Shown piece after piece: positions 24,297-38,200 of a stretch of DNA of 64,000 nucleotides. The translations under genes were made by a program, and so were the position numbers. Source of the stretch: Phoronis australis (lineage: Eukaryota > Animalia > Phoronida). The notes below the pieces were generated by a model. That model was not told the origin of the DNA and made no database searches. It worked only from the letters and a program-made list of their open reading frames with translations. The stretch's first letter is position 1; every line of letters begins with the position of its first letter. The DNA lies in assembly GCA_002633005.1 (NCBI GenBank), contig NMRA01000435.1, positions 1 through 64,000 on the forward strand, given 5' to 3'.

Positions 24297-27200
24297 AAGA
24301 ACAATTTGAAGAGTAGCACCATTCTTGTTATTGTCATATGAAAGTGGACAGTGGCTACCACTGACAGAGTGGTCGTTGAAAATCTATATTTTATAAATAT
24401 TTAACTTTTGTTGAGAAATATTGCTGTATCATGTATCAGAACTCATTTAGGAGTTGATTTATGGACGCTTGTCCGAGACAGGCCAGATTATGTTTAGCTC
24501 AAGACAGTTCCAGGAGTGGTCACATGATAGCCATGTGAGTAGTCATGTGATGCCTGGTTGGCATGCGCTGGGAATTGGGCAATGCGAACGTGAAGACCTC
24601 CAGATGATAGTCATTTTGTTTGCATCACATTTTATAAAAAATTACACCGAAGTTTTGGTGAAAGATGATGACCGGACAATGATGCAGAAATTGGTCACTT
24701 GCTTTGTTAAAGCCCCATGCTCTGTGGAAATTATTGCTTTGGTTAGTGTTCAGAGGTGAAACCCTTCACTTTAATTTGGTGAGCTCGTATTTCTAATTAT
24801 ACATGATAACACCATGAACCGAAGGGAGATCATTGATAGCTTCAAGTGAAAGATTCACCGCTGCTAGCTTCATTTATTCGTATTTGAACTTGGCGACTTT
24901 AGTTTGATCTAATTGGAACTGCATGGTACTTAAACATCTGGTTAATCTGTGCCCGGTGTGAATCGATCATATTTAAAAATTGCTCAAAGAATTCTACGCA
25001 GCACATATTTGGTTTAGTGTGCTGTACCACATGTTGTTGGGTACAATTTGTTTTAGTTCATTGCACGTTGTAAAGTGCCTGTTTCTGTCGCGTGCACAGT
25101 TATTTAGAAACCAGGCATTGGAGAGGACAATGCAATTGGCTCTCATAGATACAGCTTTAACCAATGGTATGGCTAGCTCAGTTTCTCAGCAGTTTGTACT
25201 GCATTGAGAGCTGGCTTGTCAAACGCGTTGGCCAATAGTTATAGTTTGATGAGGTTGTGGATGGATTTTGCCTTTTTCTTTGAAGCAGTGTGTGTGCGAG
25301 AGTTGCAGGATCATTTATTAATGTAGAAGATTTTTGTGTCGTTGAATTTAATGAATAATTCCAGTTTTGTATAGGGGCCAACAATTTATTTGATTGATGC
25401 TTGTCACAGTGAAAAAAATTAAACTTATATGGTGGTGCTAGAAAAACAGTGTGCCTGCGTATATCCAGGCATCAAGATAGTCATGCAGGTCAGTTGTGTT
25501 CTGTTTTCGTCTCTCTTCAGTTTGAGGCTACATTAAATCCATGCTTTCTGTCAAAAACTAACCTTTGATTTAGGCTAGTTACCATTATAACATTGGTGTT
25601 ATCGTGTCCCTTCTGCAGTTTGAAATTGATGTTTGGGCTCAGAACCTACTGACAGTTCGCTAGTTCATTAGAGTTCATGATGTGACCTGAAATTTTATGA
25701 GCTTGTCTCGAGTAATGAAATTGCGGTTCTTTCCAAGCTCCAAAATCACACCTATTTTGATTAAAGTACAATTTGAGACAAATTTCAAAATTGTAAGCGG
25801 TGTGAGTTAAACCTTGAGTTTGACAGAAAGCTTGGGTTTAATGCCACTGTAATTAAGAAGGCACTGTTTTCTTTAGCGCCACCTAGTGATTTTCTAGTTT
25901 CCAATTTTATGACTGGTGTTGTACATTGATTATACGTCACTCTATTGTATTAGCCTCATTGCGACATTTTAGTTGTCAGTCTCCACAGAATACCTGACTG
26001 TGATGATTAATTAATTCTTCCGAGGACTTTCGTTGCCATTATAAAGAAGTGAAAAGCATGTGGAACAAAAATTTTGTCAGTCTTTGATTGTAAGTGAACG
26101 TTCAAGTATTGTATTGTTTTGTGAGAACTGGAGGGGTGCGATCAAAATGGGTTTTTAAGGGTATTGGTGATTGGTGGAGATTATGGGTTGGTGTGTTATT
26201 TAGGGTTTTGGTGCAGTTGTGGTGTCGAGATGTGTATTTTGATTGTCAAGATGTATTTTGGAGTTTTTCAAAGCAGGTTACTGAACATGCATCAAATTGG
26301 CAACTTGGTGATTGTACAAATTTTACTCATTGTTCTCGGAGCCGTGGTAAAAACAGCGACTTATCCTCTATATAAGCCGTCGTTTTGACAATTTCATGTT
26401 ATTGGAACTGAAGAGAAGGCGAACACTTAGGCAGGCTATCGACTTACACAAACTGACAAGTTTAACATAACAATCTTAAGCAGGGTAACTTGTGTTAGCT
26501 CATTGGATGTTATTCATTACTGTGAAGATGCATTATTTGTAATTTGAGGTTTATGACATGTGATGATAACTTCTTATTTCTAAGCTTTGCTATTTAGTGT
26601 TGCAGGAAACACTCCATCAGTTCATTTATTTACTAGAACTTTCTTTGCCTTTGAACAAACATTTCGATGAATTGTCTTGATGTGAAAAGTTATTTTTGTA
26701 TTTGTCAAAATAATCAAATGTGAACAGTTTTTAGTGTGAACACACCATTCCATTAACGAGTCCTTTTCGGTGTTCCATTAAAACTGAGGAGTAGGCTAGT
26801 ATGTATGTAATAGGTTGTGAACTCTGAGAAATTGCAAAGTCCGGTTTCAGCACGGGGTGCCACTTTCTACATAAGAAAGCGTTCGCAAGTGAATTTTCAT
26901 TTGATGCAGAGAGCATTCACATGGGTGTTCAATCAGCCATCTCTGGTGATTTAAGCATTTTACATATCTTTGCACAACCACAATACCGTCAGTAATAACC
27001 TGGCCAATCATGTGCGATTGCCATGCACAAACAGTGCCTAACCACAACTTCAGTCTTTTTTGTTATATTAAGAAGCCTGTAGGCCCTGCCTGTGGATTTT
27101 GAGGCAGGTCGTTAACTAGCTAGACGCCCTACAAACATTCGTATGTAAATTTGTTTTCAGACAATTATCTGTCTTTTGATCAGACAGCATGGGAACGCTG

Positions 27201-28127
27201 TGATTAGTCTTTGGGTGTATTCAGCAATGTTGGTAAATGGGTCGAGAGGGTGGGTTGCCACAATCTGCATGTTCTCAGCTGGCCTGTGCTGAATTAACAA
27301 TGTCAACAGTCTGTGTTCTGTAGTGTCCTTGTATTGGTATGTTTTTGTCATTGTAAATGATCACTGAATATTAATTAGCCACGCAATGTAGTTTGTTGGT
27401 ATTTGTGGATAACGCGTTCTTGCAGCGTACACGATTTGAAGAGAAGGAATTTTGTGAATGTAATTTGTAATCTATCTGCCTACAATATTTTTATGTGTTG
27501 ATCAAAAGTGAATCGTCTTTGTGCTTAAGTAAACTACTACAGGGAAATGAATTGAAAGCTTCACAGCAACTGTAACGAATTAGAAATAGTGTCATTGGTA
27601 TACATGACTTATCACGACCTGTTCCTACACTTAGAAAGTCTTTCAAACTTCTGAAAATGACATTAATGACATTTTCAGGTTATGTTGCAACTGATCAAAA
27701 ACTTACTCAAACTCACAGTTGTCATTCATGGTTGGTAAACACCTATGCAATAAATTGCCGATGTTGCAAGGACGGTAACAATAGTTTGAACGTCTTTAAT
27801 TTAGCAAGGTTACAGATTAGTTATTTTTGATGATTTTGCTTACAGGAGAAACTGATACACTGAAGTTTAATCAGAGATGATTTCCATACCTTCTCAATTC
27901 AAAACTAGTGCTTTTGGAAATTACGAAAGAAGTGTTTTAGATCTGACGAGAGCATCGTTGGTGGTAGTGAATATGGCAAAATTACTGCCATTCTATTATA
28001 TACAGGGTTGTGGTGAGGCCAGCGATTTATGCGAATTAGCTTGTGCAATATGCAAATGTAGGAACGTCGCAGGTAAACGCTTCGGTTATTCATTGCTCCA
28101 TGTCTCCGATGTCTAATTTGATTTCAA

Positions 28128-28133
28128 AATAAA
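28128..28133 (+). terminator. Candidate polyadenylation signal of the MTDH-like gene (implies a ~3.8-kb 3' UTR)
   Basis: AATAAA followed by a GT/T-rich downstream element (atttgtatttgtttatt). An alternative AATAAA lies at ~27749. Confidence 0.45.
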
Positions 28134-29178
28134 ATTTTATGGAATCCTTAATATTTGTATTTGTTTATTCTCTTTCAGAACCACCTGCTGATGCACAAAC
28201 TCCAATACATGGATTTTTTCTTTTGTAAAAGTTGCTGAAATCAAAACTCACAGACCTCACGGGGTGTAAACAGTCTAAAATTTTGGTGTGTCCTAGGAAA
28301 CCTTGGACATTTTTAGGCTAAATTTGTAGGGAATTTGTTAAAATGTGAAACCCAAAAAAATCTGGCAATAGATGGCACTAAGGGCGTACCTCGTGAGAAC
28401 ACATCTCACACGATGGTGTCGTTTACCAGTACCATGTCGCGGTACTTGCGGCGGATTATTTTCACCACAAAACTCATTCTCAAAAACATTTATTAACTTA
28501 CAGACCACTTAATAACTATATTGTCAGAGTATGTTGTATTTCCTACTCGTTTGGTCAAACAGAAAAGGAAAAGTACGCAAACCAGACTTTAAATTCCATG
28601 GACATAATTGTTTAACTATACAAAATGGTGTTTTACTTTATAATGATAAAGTAATCTGAGTAGGAAAATCAAGAACAAGCAGAATTCATATTTTATTGCA
28701 ATATCTAAAATACACATTGCAACTTATAGTATTCTCAAAGTCAACCACCCATCATACGAACCTGGACTTGCAATCAAACTTTGACAACAGACCTCACATA
28801 AATAACTTAGTTGCATAGTTAAAATGAGTTCAAAGGTCACAAGCCTCATTCTGACTAAATTCCACATCATACTGTGATTTTTACCCTTCTTCTCCAACTG
28901 AGGACAACGGTCATCTTCACACACTTGATGGCACTACATCTGCGCCCGATTGCATGAAATGGTCCTCATAGGCACTCTACTATATTCCCTAAATTTTCAG
29001 CGCATTTGTGGAATTCGTTCAAATACCGATGTACNTTGAAGTACGACCACCAGCCATTTTGAATTTAAATCAAACGCAACCACCCATAAATTTTTATTTC
29101 AGTTGCCTTCCCCCCCTCCCACACAGATTTTGCTGGAACAGCCCTGAGTAGGAAAATCGAGAACAAGCAGAATTCATA

Positions 29179-29185
29179 TTTTATT
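29179..29185 (-). terminator. Candidate polyadenylation signal of HBS1L (duplicated at ~28691)
   Basis: Plus-strand ttttatt is AATAAA on the minus strand, ~1.3 kb past the HBS1L stop. Confidence 0.4.
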
Positions 29186-30497
29186 GCAATATCTAAAATA
29201 AACATTGCAACTTATAGTATTCTCAAAGTCAACCACCCATCATACGAACCTGGACTTGCAATCAAACTTTGACAACAGACCTCACATAAATAACTTAGTT
29301 GCATAGTTAAAATGAGTTCAAAGGTCACAAGCCTCATTCTGACTAAATTCCACATCATACTGTGATTTTTACCCTTCTTCTCCAACTGAAACGAAGGACA
29401 ACGGTCTTCTCCACACTTGATGGCACTACATCTGCGCCCGATTGCATGAAATGGTCCTCATAGGCACTCTACTATGTTCCCTAAATTTTCAGCGCATTTG
29501 TGGAATTCGTTCAAATACCGATGTACTTATGTCACATATTCACTACTACATCACGTAGCTTTGACATACCGAGAGAAAACATTACGTTGAATTATGAATA
29601 TTACTGGAAAATAACTAGGGACCTTTTCATGCAACATCTCTAACTTAAGCACACTTTCCACTTAATTTTAGTTTAGAACTTCAAAAAACGGATTTTAACG
29701 CAGGATAGTTCAGTCAAAATTTGAGCACAAATAATGCTCATTCACCACAACCGCCGTAGCGAGTGACAGCTGATTCGTGCATTATGTAATAGAGGTTTCT
29801 GCGTAAACCCTGCTCACTTTTTAAAATACTCTTAAAAATAAAAGTAAAATAAGACAAATACATACAGAACTGAAAGTTAAGAAATGTTTATGTTTTAGTG
29901 TAGATGTCTTTGTATTGATGAAACTCAAGCTGTGTCTGTCCTACATTGACGTATGTAAAGGAACGCGTGTCTTTAATACAAAACGTCATTAGAAAAAGAG
30001 GACTCCGGATCAGGATAAAGTGATGGAAAATATCACATTTGTCAGTAAAAAGCCTACAGATGCACTGCAAGCATAGTTAAGTCCCTATTATCAAGACTGT
30101 TTCATGCAACCAGTCACTGGGACCTTTTCCATAAAACATGCCTCTTGACATTATCAGTGATTTCCAACCGGTGTAACGTGACATGTCATTGGTGAGTTAA
30201 GTTTAATGAAATGGGTCCAGATCGACAGTCAAGATTTAATTACCATGTAAGTAAAACATACTTTGTGAATCCATTTCAATAATTTCCACAGGAGACGCCA
30301 CTTTGAAGAAAGCAAAGTATCCAACATAATACTGTCCAGTTAGCATTATTTTTAGAGGTGTCCTGGTTCAATTTTGTTTGAACCCACCAAGTGCACGTTT
30401 TCCTCTTCGACTGCTTTTTGTATGTGTCAACTCTGCAAGTCTGTCTGTTTTTCGGTCAGTTTGCCTGTCTGTTTGTCTGCCCCCAAGAAGCGCTCTC

Positions 30498-32155
30498 TCA
30501 TGATTCAGTTTTTGAAACTTTGCTCTCTAGTATCTGAAACCAAAAAACATTCGCAACAAATAACAACAATGGAATCATAAAACTGAACACAAAACAGCAC
30601 ATCTTGCAAAAGTAAACACTAACAATGAGAAAATGTAACAGTTGGATCCATGTAACTCAATATCTTTCCCAATCAGAAAAACATTGCGAGGTATGGTAGC
30701 TCTATTTAGTGCTCTCTGCTCTTCAGATAAGTCCTCGCTCCAACTGGATCCATAACATGCCATGTTTACCACAGGAATGCTCTTACCTGAGGTCGCGTTT
30801 TTGCAAATTTTCCTTCATACATTGAGATTCACTTGAAGCATGACGAATACAAAACCCTGTTACCTCAGTGACAAGACCAGCTGCGATAGTGACACCTGAT
30901 GAGCGCAGCATGAACCTTCCCAGGTCTTTATAGTCCTTGTACAGCTCAATACATATTGACCGGCCGACCTCCAGCTCAATGACAGCGTTACTATTCTTAG
31001 GAAGACACCTGGCAAAAGAACAAGGTTGACAGGCTGTAAAAAGGGTATCTGCATTTATTTGTATACTCACATGTTTAACATGTCAGAGAATCGATTCATA
31101 TTTAATGGCAAGTCACAATTTGTCACATCTCAAATTTTTAAAAAATGCCACAGGCAAAGTCTCAATTGTCATAGCTTTTTGTTGCATTTTGCCTTTGTCA
31201 TATGTGAGGCACAATACTTGTCACTGGTAATGATGAATTCCACATTTTATAATTTGTGAAAAAGGAGACACTACTTTTCATAAAACAAACCGCACTACCA
31301 GTCAATCTAAGCCAGTCTCCTACATGTTACTGAGGGGACGGGTTGCTCACCTTGGTTTGTTTCGGACAACTTCGCCTGAACTCTTGTTCAACTGACTGAT
31401 CAACCTCTTGATGTATGCAGGCTCATTCAGCGACTGATAGTGAAAGACCACCTAAAAGATACGAATTACGTTAGCATAGTAGAGGGCTTGCACACCGATG
31501 GCAGGAAACACTGCAGAGAGGATGATCAAAGTGGCAATGCGCACAGTTTACGCAGCGTGTCAGTGAAGAGCGTGACAATCAAAAGGTGGCACTAGCAATT
31601 CAACAGTCCTCTCCGATGAAAGAGGATAATGGGAGACTTTCACATATCAATTGATCACATGGGATAACAGTGACCTCTAGAGGACCACATGGCAGTTTCA
31701 CTTTTGTTCAAAACGCTTCACCTCCAATCAAATACATCATCATCACTCCACGGGTCTTTTCACGAAGACAAACAAGTTCCCCAGTCACCCGCTGCAAAGA
31801 AGTACCTCCCTTAACAGCTAGGTGGTGAAACGTCACCAGTCCTGCCTGATCGGCTTCCAATGCTTTCTGAAAGTCTCCCAAAGCAATTGGTTGATATCGT
31901 CAACGTACTGTGCACTATAGCCGCAAATTCTACTTACAGGAAAACCTTTCGTGATTGGCACTTCGACGTTGAAGAGGACTACACGTGCTCGGAATCTGTT
32001 TGTGCACTTAATTGGTGACGCTGGGTCGCATACAATGCTGCCTGTGAATGTTAACAACATGGGGACTTTAATATGTGCGTGAAATCATCACTTCAGGTAC
32101 AGCAGCATCAGCATCAGCATCATCATCAACAGCAGCTACAGCAACAGCAGCAGCT

Positions 32156-32211
<56 letters not shown>

Positions 32212-35200
32212 TTGACCAGTCAAGAATATAAACAAGAAACTATCATAATTATGGGGCGGTGTCATATTGGCATTCCCAAAACACTGAGCAGTTGTATTCT
32301 TACAAAAATAACAGAACCTACCCAACCTATGAGTCCAATTAAATGATAGTACACCAAAGAAAACGAGCAGATTTAACTCGTCTTATTTCACGATATAATT
32401 TTTAGTGACCACAAAATTAAATAAAAAAAATTAACGCTCACCCCTGTGTGAAACGGGGCGTCCCAATGCAGTGGTCATATTACCTAAACAGTGTTCAATA
32501 TTTCTTTAACCATTACAACAAAGAGTGAATGCAAACAACTGACAAGTAGGAATGACACAAGCCATGCCACAATTCTGCCATGAAACGCACCCATGTTAAC
32601 TTTGCTGACGTCAATATTGGTCATCGTCATGACAACCTGGTCACCAGCGAAGGCACACTGCACCATCTCCTCCTCAATCAGTAAATCTGGAAACAGTAAC
32701 ATTCCAAAATGCATCCATTTAGTGATAGTGACCCTTGACCCCTGAATACAGTTGAACCAGGAAGCATTCCACTTACCCATGAATCTCACCAAAAAGTGAG
32801 ATCACGCCAGGTCAAACAAAATCACCATCGAGTGGAAGGCGAGTGTTTTGCGAGACTTTACGAGCATTCTCGAGCAAAATGACAGTCACTGAAGTGATTG
32901 GTCAGTGAGGTTGGAATGTTGAATTATGGGATAGAATTCATGAATTATGGAATTCACCGTTTTGCTTCCATACGCGAAGATTTCCCGGCACAAGTGCATG
33001 GCTGTCTTAGGTCTGCGGAGCGCAGCCAAGCTTTCAGTTCTCAATCTCTTCAGATTATGAAAAGACAGTTCTTTCTTCACTGCACTAAATGATGAGAAGT
33101 CACCACTGACTCCCAACAACCAACATTAGGAGATGAAGCAATGAAACGAATCATATCTGATTATGACTCAAATTGCTTTTTGATGGCAGCAAATTTACTT
33201 TCGTGCAAAATACGCCCCGATATACCACTAGCGATTCTTTTCGTCAAGTCAAATGTTACCACCCATGGCATAGTGGCTCCTTTGGAAGCCAGGTGCGACT
33301 AATAACCCAAGTTGCATCAAAAATCTGCCGTTCTACAAAGCTTCAGAAATAAACTGCTTGTAGGCCTAATCAAGAGGGAAATTTTGAACTTGGTAATTAA
33401 ACAGAAGTATTCTAAGGCTACATTTCTTGCTAAAATAGTTTCAAATCCAAATTTCCTATTCTTCTCCCACACACCAACCATAACCACATCATCACAAAAA
33501 TTGATTTAAGCCTTTTGCCTCAACTTACTTTTTACTGTAGCCTGTTCACCAGAGGGCATGACAATCACCTTATCCCCCTGTTGGACACTACCAGCCTCGA
33601 TCCGGCCCGACACAGAGAAGCCCGTACCCATTCCTTTGAACACGTCTTGGACAACCATTCGCAGTGGCTTGTCTATAGAACGCTCGGGAGCCTTGAACTT
33701 GTCTGACAAAATATAGCCACAAGTTAGAATAAGCACTGAAGAGCTGCTATACAATTTATTTTTGCAAAACCGTAGAATACAAAGTAATTAACGACTAAAA
33801 TTCTTCTTTCAAACACCAATCCATTAATTCTGCGTCGCTTGTATTTTAAGTCTCAGAAAGTTTAGACAGGTTCTCTAGATCAGCAACAACTGATTTACAG
33901 TTACTGTGTACAACTTATTTCACTAAGCAATCGTCCAAAATTATGAATGTATTCAAGGTTGCACCAAACATTCGCTGAAGGAAAGGATTGGTTAAATGTT
34001 GTCATACGCTTTAACGTTTTCCAAAAACGTGGGTGGAAATCATCTACAGTTAGCAGAAAATTTAACATTTTGTAACCGCTTTTATGAAAGATTCTCGCAA
34101 AAATAGTACATTTCCACACCACTAAAAATATTGAAATAGACATTGTTGACAATCTGTACAGCAAACTCCTATCCCTGAAGAGGCCACCCTCATTTTAAAT
34201 ATCCCAATAAAAAAATGTAATCGTCAGATGAAACCATACCAATACAGCTGAGTAGTGTGAGTCCTGAATACCAGGAAGCCAGTTGAGGTAGAGTTGAGGG
34301 TTTAGTCAGGTTCTCTCCACTCAGTCCTGAACAGGGCACGTAGTCGACGTCTGTGTCCTTAAAGCCAGCTTGCTTCAGAAACTGACCCAGCTTCTTGACC
34401 ACATCCTTGAACCGCTCCTCTGACCACTCCACAGTGTCCATCTTGTTAATGGCCACAGCTAGCTGTGAGACACCTGTACAGGAGAAACAGCCAATGGGAA
34501 CTTGTCGAGACGAGAAGTTTCGAAAAATCGTTACTTATTTAGCACACAATATGGCCGACAAGTGAGATTCTATTTTGTGAATTTTTTCTGCAAAAATAGA
34601 GATTACGGAAACTTTAGCCTATTAATAGTATGGTTTGGAGTGTGTAGATGTCACAAAAACAATAAAAATTTCATTGCTGGCAGTAAGGTGACCAGCCTCT
34701 GAAAAACGGAAAAATGACAATTTTGACAATCATTTTTGTGCTAAATAACTTAAGAATATTGCAGATTAGTCAAGAAGTAAGCAAAAACAATTGAGCATTT
34801 TCAATATATGTAGCAAGTGACGATGGACAGATTTGGAGTCAGTTCCAGATGACTTAGCTGTTTTCTGGTTCATATTTGCTTCTTGAATCATATTGCATCC
34901 ATATATCATGTAGATATGGAACGTATTTGCTTTGAAATAAAAAATACAGAAATATGGTACATTTTCATCTTTATCCGATACCCAAGGACATGAAAAGTAC
35001 TATTAAGTCACTGAATACGTTTTCCACAAGCACTTCTGAAATAAGCGTTAAATGCTTAAGTCACAATTCTTTTGATTCTAAAAAAAACTTTCAAATGACC
35101 TCTTATTGTAACAAATTTGGTCTCAATTGTGTCTCAATCAGATTTGACGTGTTTTCTGAGCTGTGGAAGAACTAAACATCACACTACTGAAGACTCAACA

Positions 35201-38200
35201 CACAAGACTTCATAGGCTGTCACTTTATGCACCCACAGTAGTATGGCCATCAGCCAACTGGGAACAGACACTACATGGAGTCACTAGTTGATGCAGAGTG
35301 GCTTTAAGTAAGACAAACCAACATCAGTCACAATTTAATGAGCGGAGTGAACACTGACCTAGTGACCTAATTAAAAGGGCGTGTTCACGAGTCTGTCCGC
35401 CAGCATCAAATCCTGTTTCAAACTCTCCGCGCGTGGCGTTCACAACCAAGATGGCTACATCAGCCTCAGCAGCACCTAGTGGATGAGCAACATTTAATAA
35501 CATACAACCGAAACATTTAAATTTTTGAGTAAATGTCTGTCAACATTCATACCTGCACTAAGTAGTCCTACACCAATGTTTAAAATGTGACAACAGCATT
35601 TCAACACGAGACGTTTTTCAAACATAAAATAGATTTCTCAAACCGCAATTCAGCATTTGTCCAGGACTTAGAAATATAAACTCCTGAATGCATAGCCTTG
35701 CCCTAAACTTAGAAGCTGTTATATGCAAGTTCCTGTATGCTAGTTTATGTCTACTCCAACAGGTGTCAGTAGCGCCATCCTAGGCTGATCTCACTTTTGC
35801 ATAGGTAGAAAAGTGCATTGAATGATTGACCTAGTTTTCGAAGTGACAAACCTCTGGGATGATACAGAAAAGTGAAGAATGATAAATTGTGCATCCACGA
35901 ACATCATATTATATCTGCCCAATGTGCCAATTTCCTGGTGTCAACATTGCAAATCACAACAAAAGAACGTTGTTAGCAAAAGAATAGCCACTGACAATAC
36001 AATAATTTTGACATAAAATAACAATCACCGCAGCACCTTTGAATTTGCAGCATGATAAATGTCTGGCATTGTGGGTAAATGTGGCACTGTGGGTAAATAT
36101 GGCACTGTGGGTAAATATGGCATTGTAGGTAAATATGGCATTGTGGGTAAATATGGTATTGTGGGTAAATATGGCATTGTGGGTAAATATGGTATTGTGG
36201 GTAAATATCAATGAATATAGCGTGGTGGTATAGTAAGCCAGGACGGTCCTGTTACAATAAACAGAAACCAGAGTCTCAGGTCAGTTCACTCACCAGTTAT
36301 CATGTTAGGGATGAAGTCCTTGTGCCCAGGTGCGTCCAACAGATTGACCACCCTGTGTTCAGTTTCAAACCGAGTCTGGGCAACGTCCATGGTTACACCT
36401 CGGGCCCTGCGAAAGAAAAAAATAAAGTGATCTCAAGAGACCTGCTTAAGTAAGTGAACTGCACCTATTTGACATTTTCAGATTTACTTCGGTAAACAAG
36501 TTTTTGCAGGTTCTAACATACACATCTTCACAACCGACATTTCTAGTCCAGGGGGATTGCAGAAAATTTTCCTCAAACGGGAATTCCGAATAATCTATAA
36601 AAGCAAAAAAATGAGAAGTATGACGAGGATTACCCTTGGGGCAGTCATTATCCATGGATACTTCTACGAAGAAATTTTGTGAATTCATAATTATACCATT
36701 AACTCTCAGAATTCAACATTCCGAGTAGTCGGACAACCACATACGCAACCTTTCTCACATAACCCTAGGAATTCTTACATTGCACTACCATAAGCCTGAG
36801 TAATCCCCCTAAACTTTCCATGGCGTTATAGGACACACTCCTGACGTGTTTACGTCTCACCTCTCCTCCTCTGTTTCATCAAGTACCCATGCATAGGCAA
36901 AGGAGGCCTTGCCTAGCTTCTTGGACTCCTGTTCATATTTATGCATGGTTCGCTTGTTGACGCAGCCAATCTGGTAGAGCACGTGGCCCATCAGTGTGCT
37001 CTTGCCAGCGTCTACATGACCTGCAGGAAGCATACACACAGGTGATTATCAATAACTAGTGAACCTGCAGGTTAACACAGGTTAAAACACCACCCTAAAT
37101 GTTACACATCACTGGATACTGAATAAGCTCGCATTCAACACATTTGTAGTGCAGAAAACGACTACTTTGTGATAAACTGACTACTGTGATCGTGGCAATG
37201 GTCACTTTCAAGAGTCCAGGATTTTGAGAACCAGTTTGATGCCTGCTATTCAGTGGAAAAAAATGGTTCTCAAAACGTGATCCCTGTAAGTGACTGTTAC
37301 AGTGGTCAGTACAAAGTCACTTTGTTACAATAATTTATAGGTCATTTAATTTGAAAATTTGCTTTGTAATACAACTCCATATTTTTAATAAGTTTGAAGT
37401 CAAACTCCAACCTCTGAACAATCCGTTGTCATCCAGATACAAGAGATGTATCCCACAATAGATTTAAACATAACACAACCTCATAAATTCATACCTACCT
37501 ATTATAACTAAATTAATTAGCTCCTTCCCCTTTTCTTCCTTCCGTTTTTCATAAACATGTTGCACATTGAACTTTTCTCGTTTCCTGAAAGAGAAAGTAA
37601 CAACTCCATGAACGTGGGAGTTAAAAGTACTCACCAGAGTCTACTAGTCAATAATAACACACAATGTACCACACTAATAAATACAATTCGTCAAGCAATA
37701 CAGGCCAAGTGCTACCTTAGAGATATTTAAAGACAAAAAATATATTGCAGTTGAAAGAGGCTGTAATAAATGTGTTATTCGGATGCACAGCTGTTGACCA
37801 GAAAATTAGTCGCAAAATGTTCTTTGTTTTGTCAACTTTTCATAAACACATTGAAATATGAAGTACGTAGATGAATGCAACTTTTTGCTTTAAGTTTGTT
37901 TTAAACACGTAAAAAGCTTTTAACATTTTGGTTACAAAAGTTGGCAGCAGTAGTATACCATGAGATTGAAATTTAGCTTCTAACTTAATTTAGTTAAGAA
38001 ATAGTATGCATTACACTATCAACACCTACTTTGCACTTCTGTTGACGACACCGCTGTCCTCTCCCCCACTCTGAGGTGTGGAAGGTCGACTCTGCGGGGT
38101 TGACGGCCTACTCCCCGACCCTTCAGAGGGCCACAGGTTTCTTTTGTAATCCCTCTTAGGGGTGCTTGGTCGACTGTCATCGCTTGACTCCGCCTCATCT

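Noticed and set aside
28656-29525. ~380-bp tandem duplication including the HBS1L poly(A) signal
   Set aside because: The copies flank a single N (29035) and differ by allele-like changes; probably a haplotype overlap.
32068-32325. Poly-Ala ORF
   Set aside because: Intronic CAG microsatellite; the flanking HBS1L exons join in frame without it.
33088-33162. C/D-box snoRNA-like pattern (ATGATGA...CTGA...CTGA)
   Set aside because: Antisense to the host HBS1L intron, and I recognise no rRNA-complementary guide.
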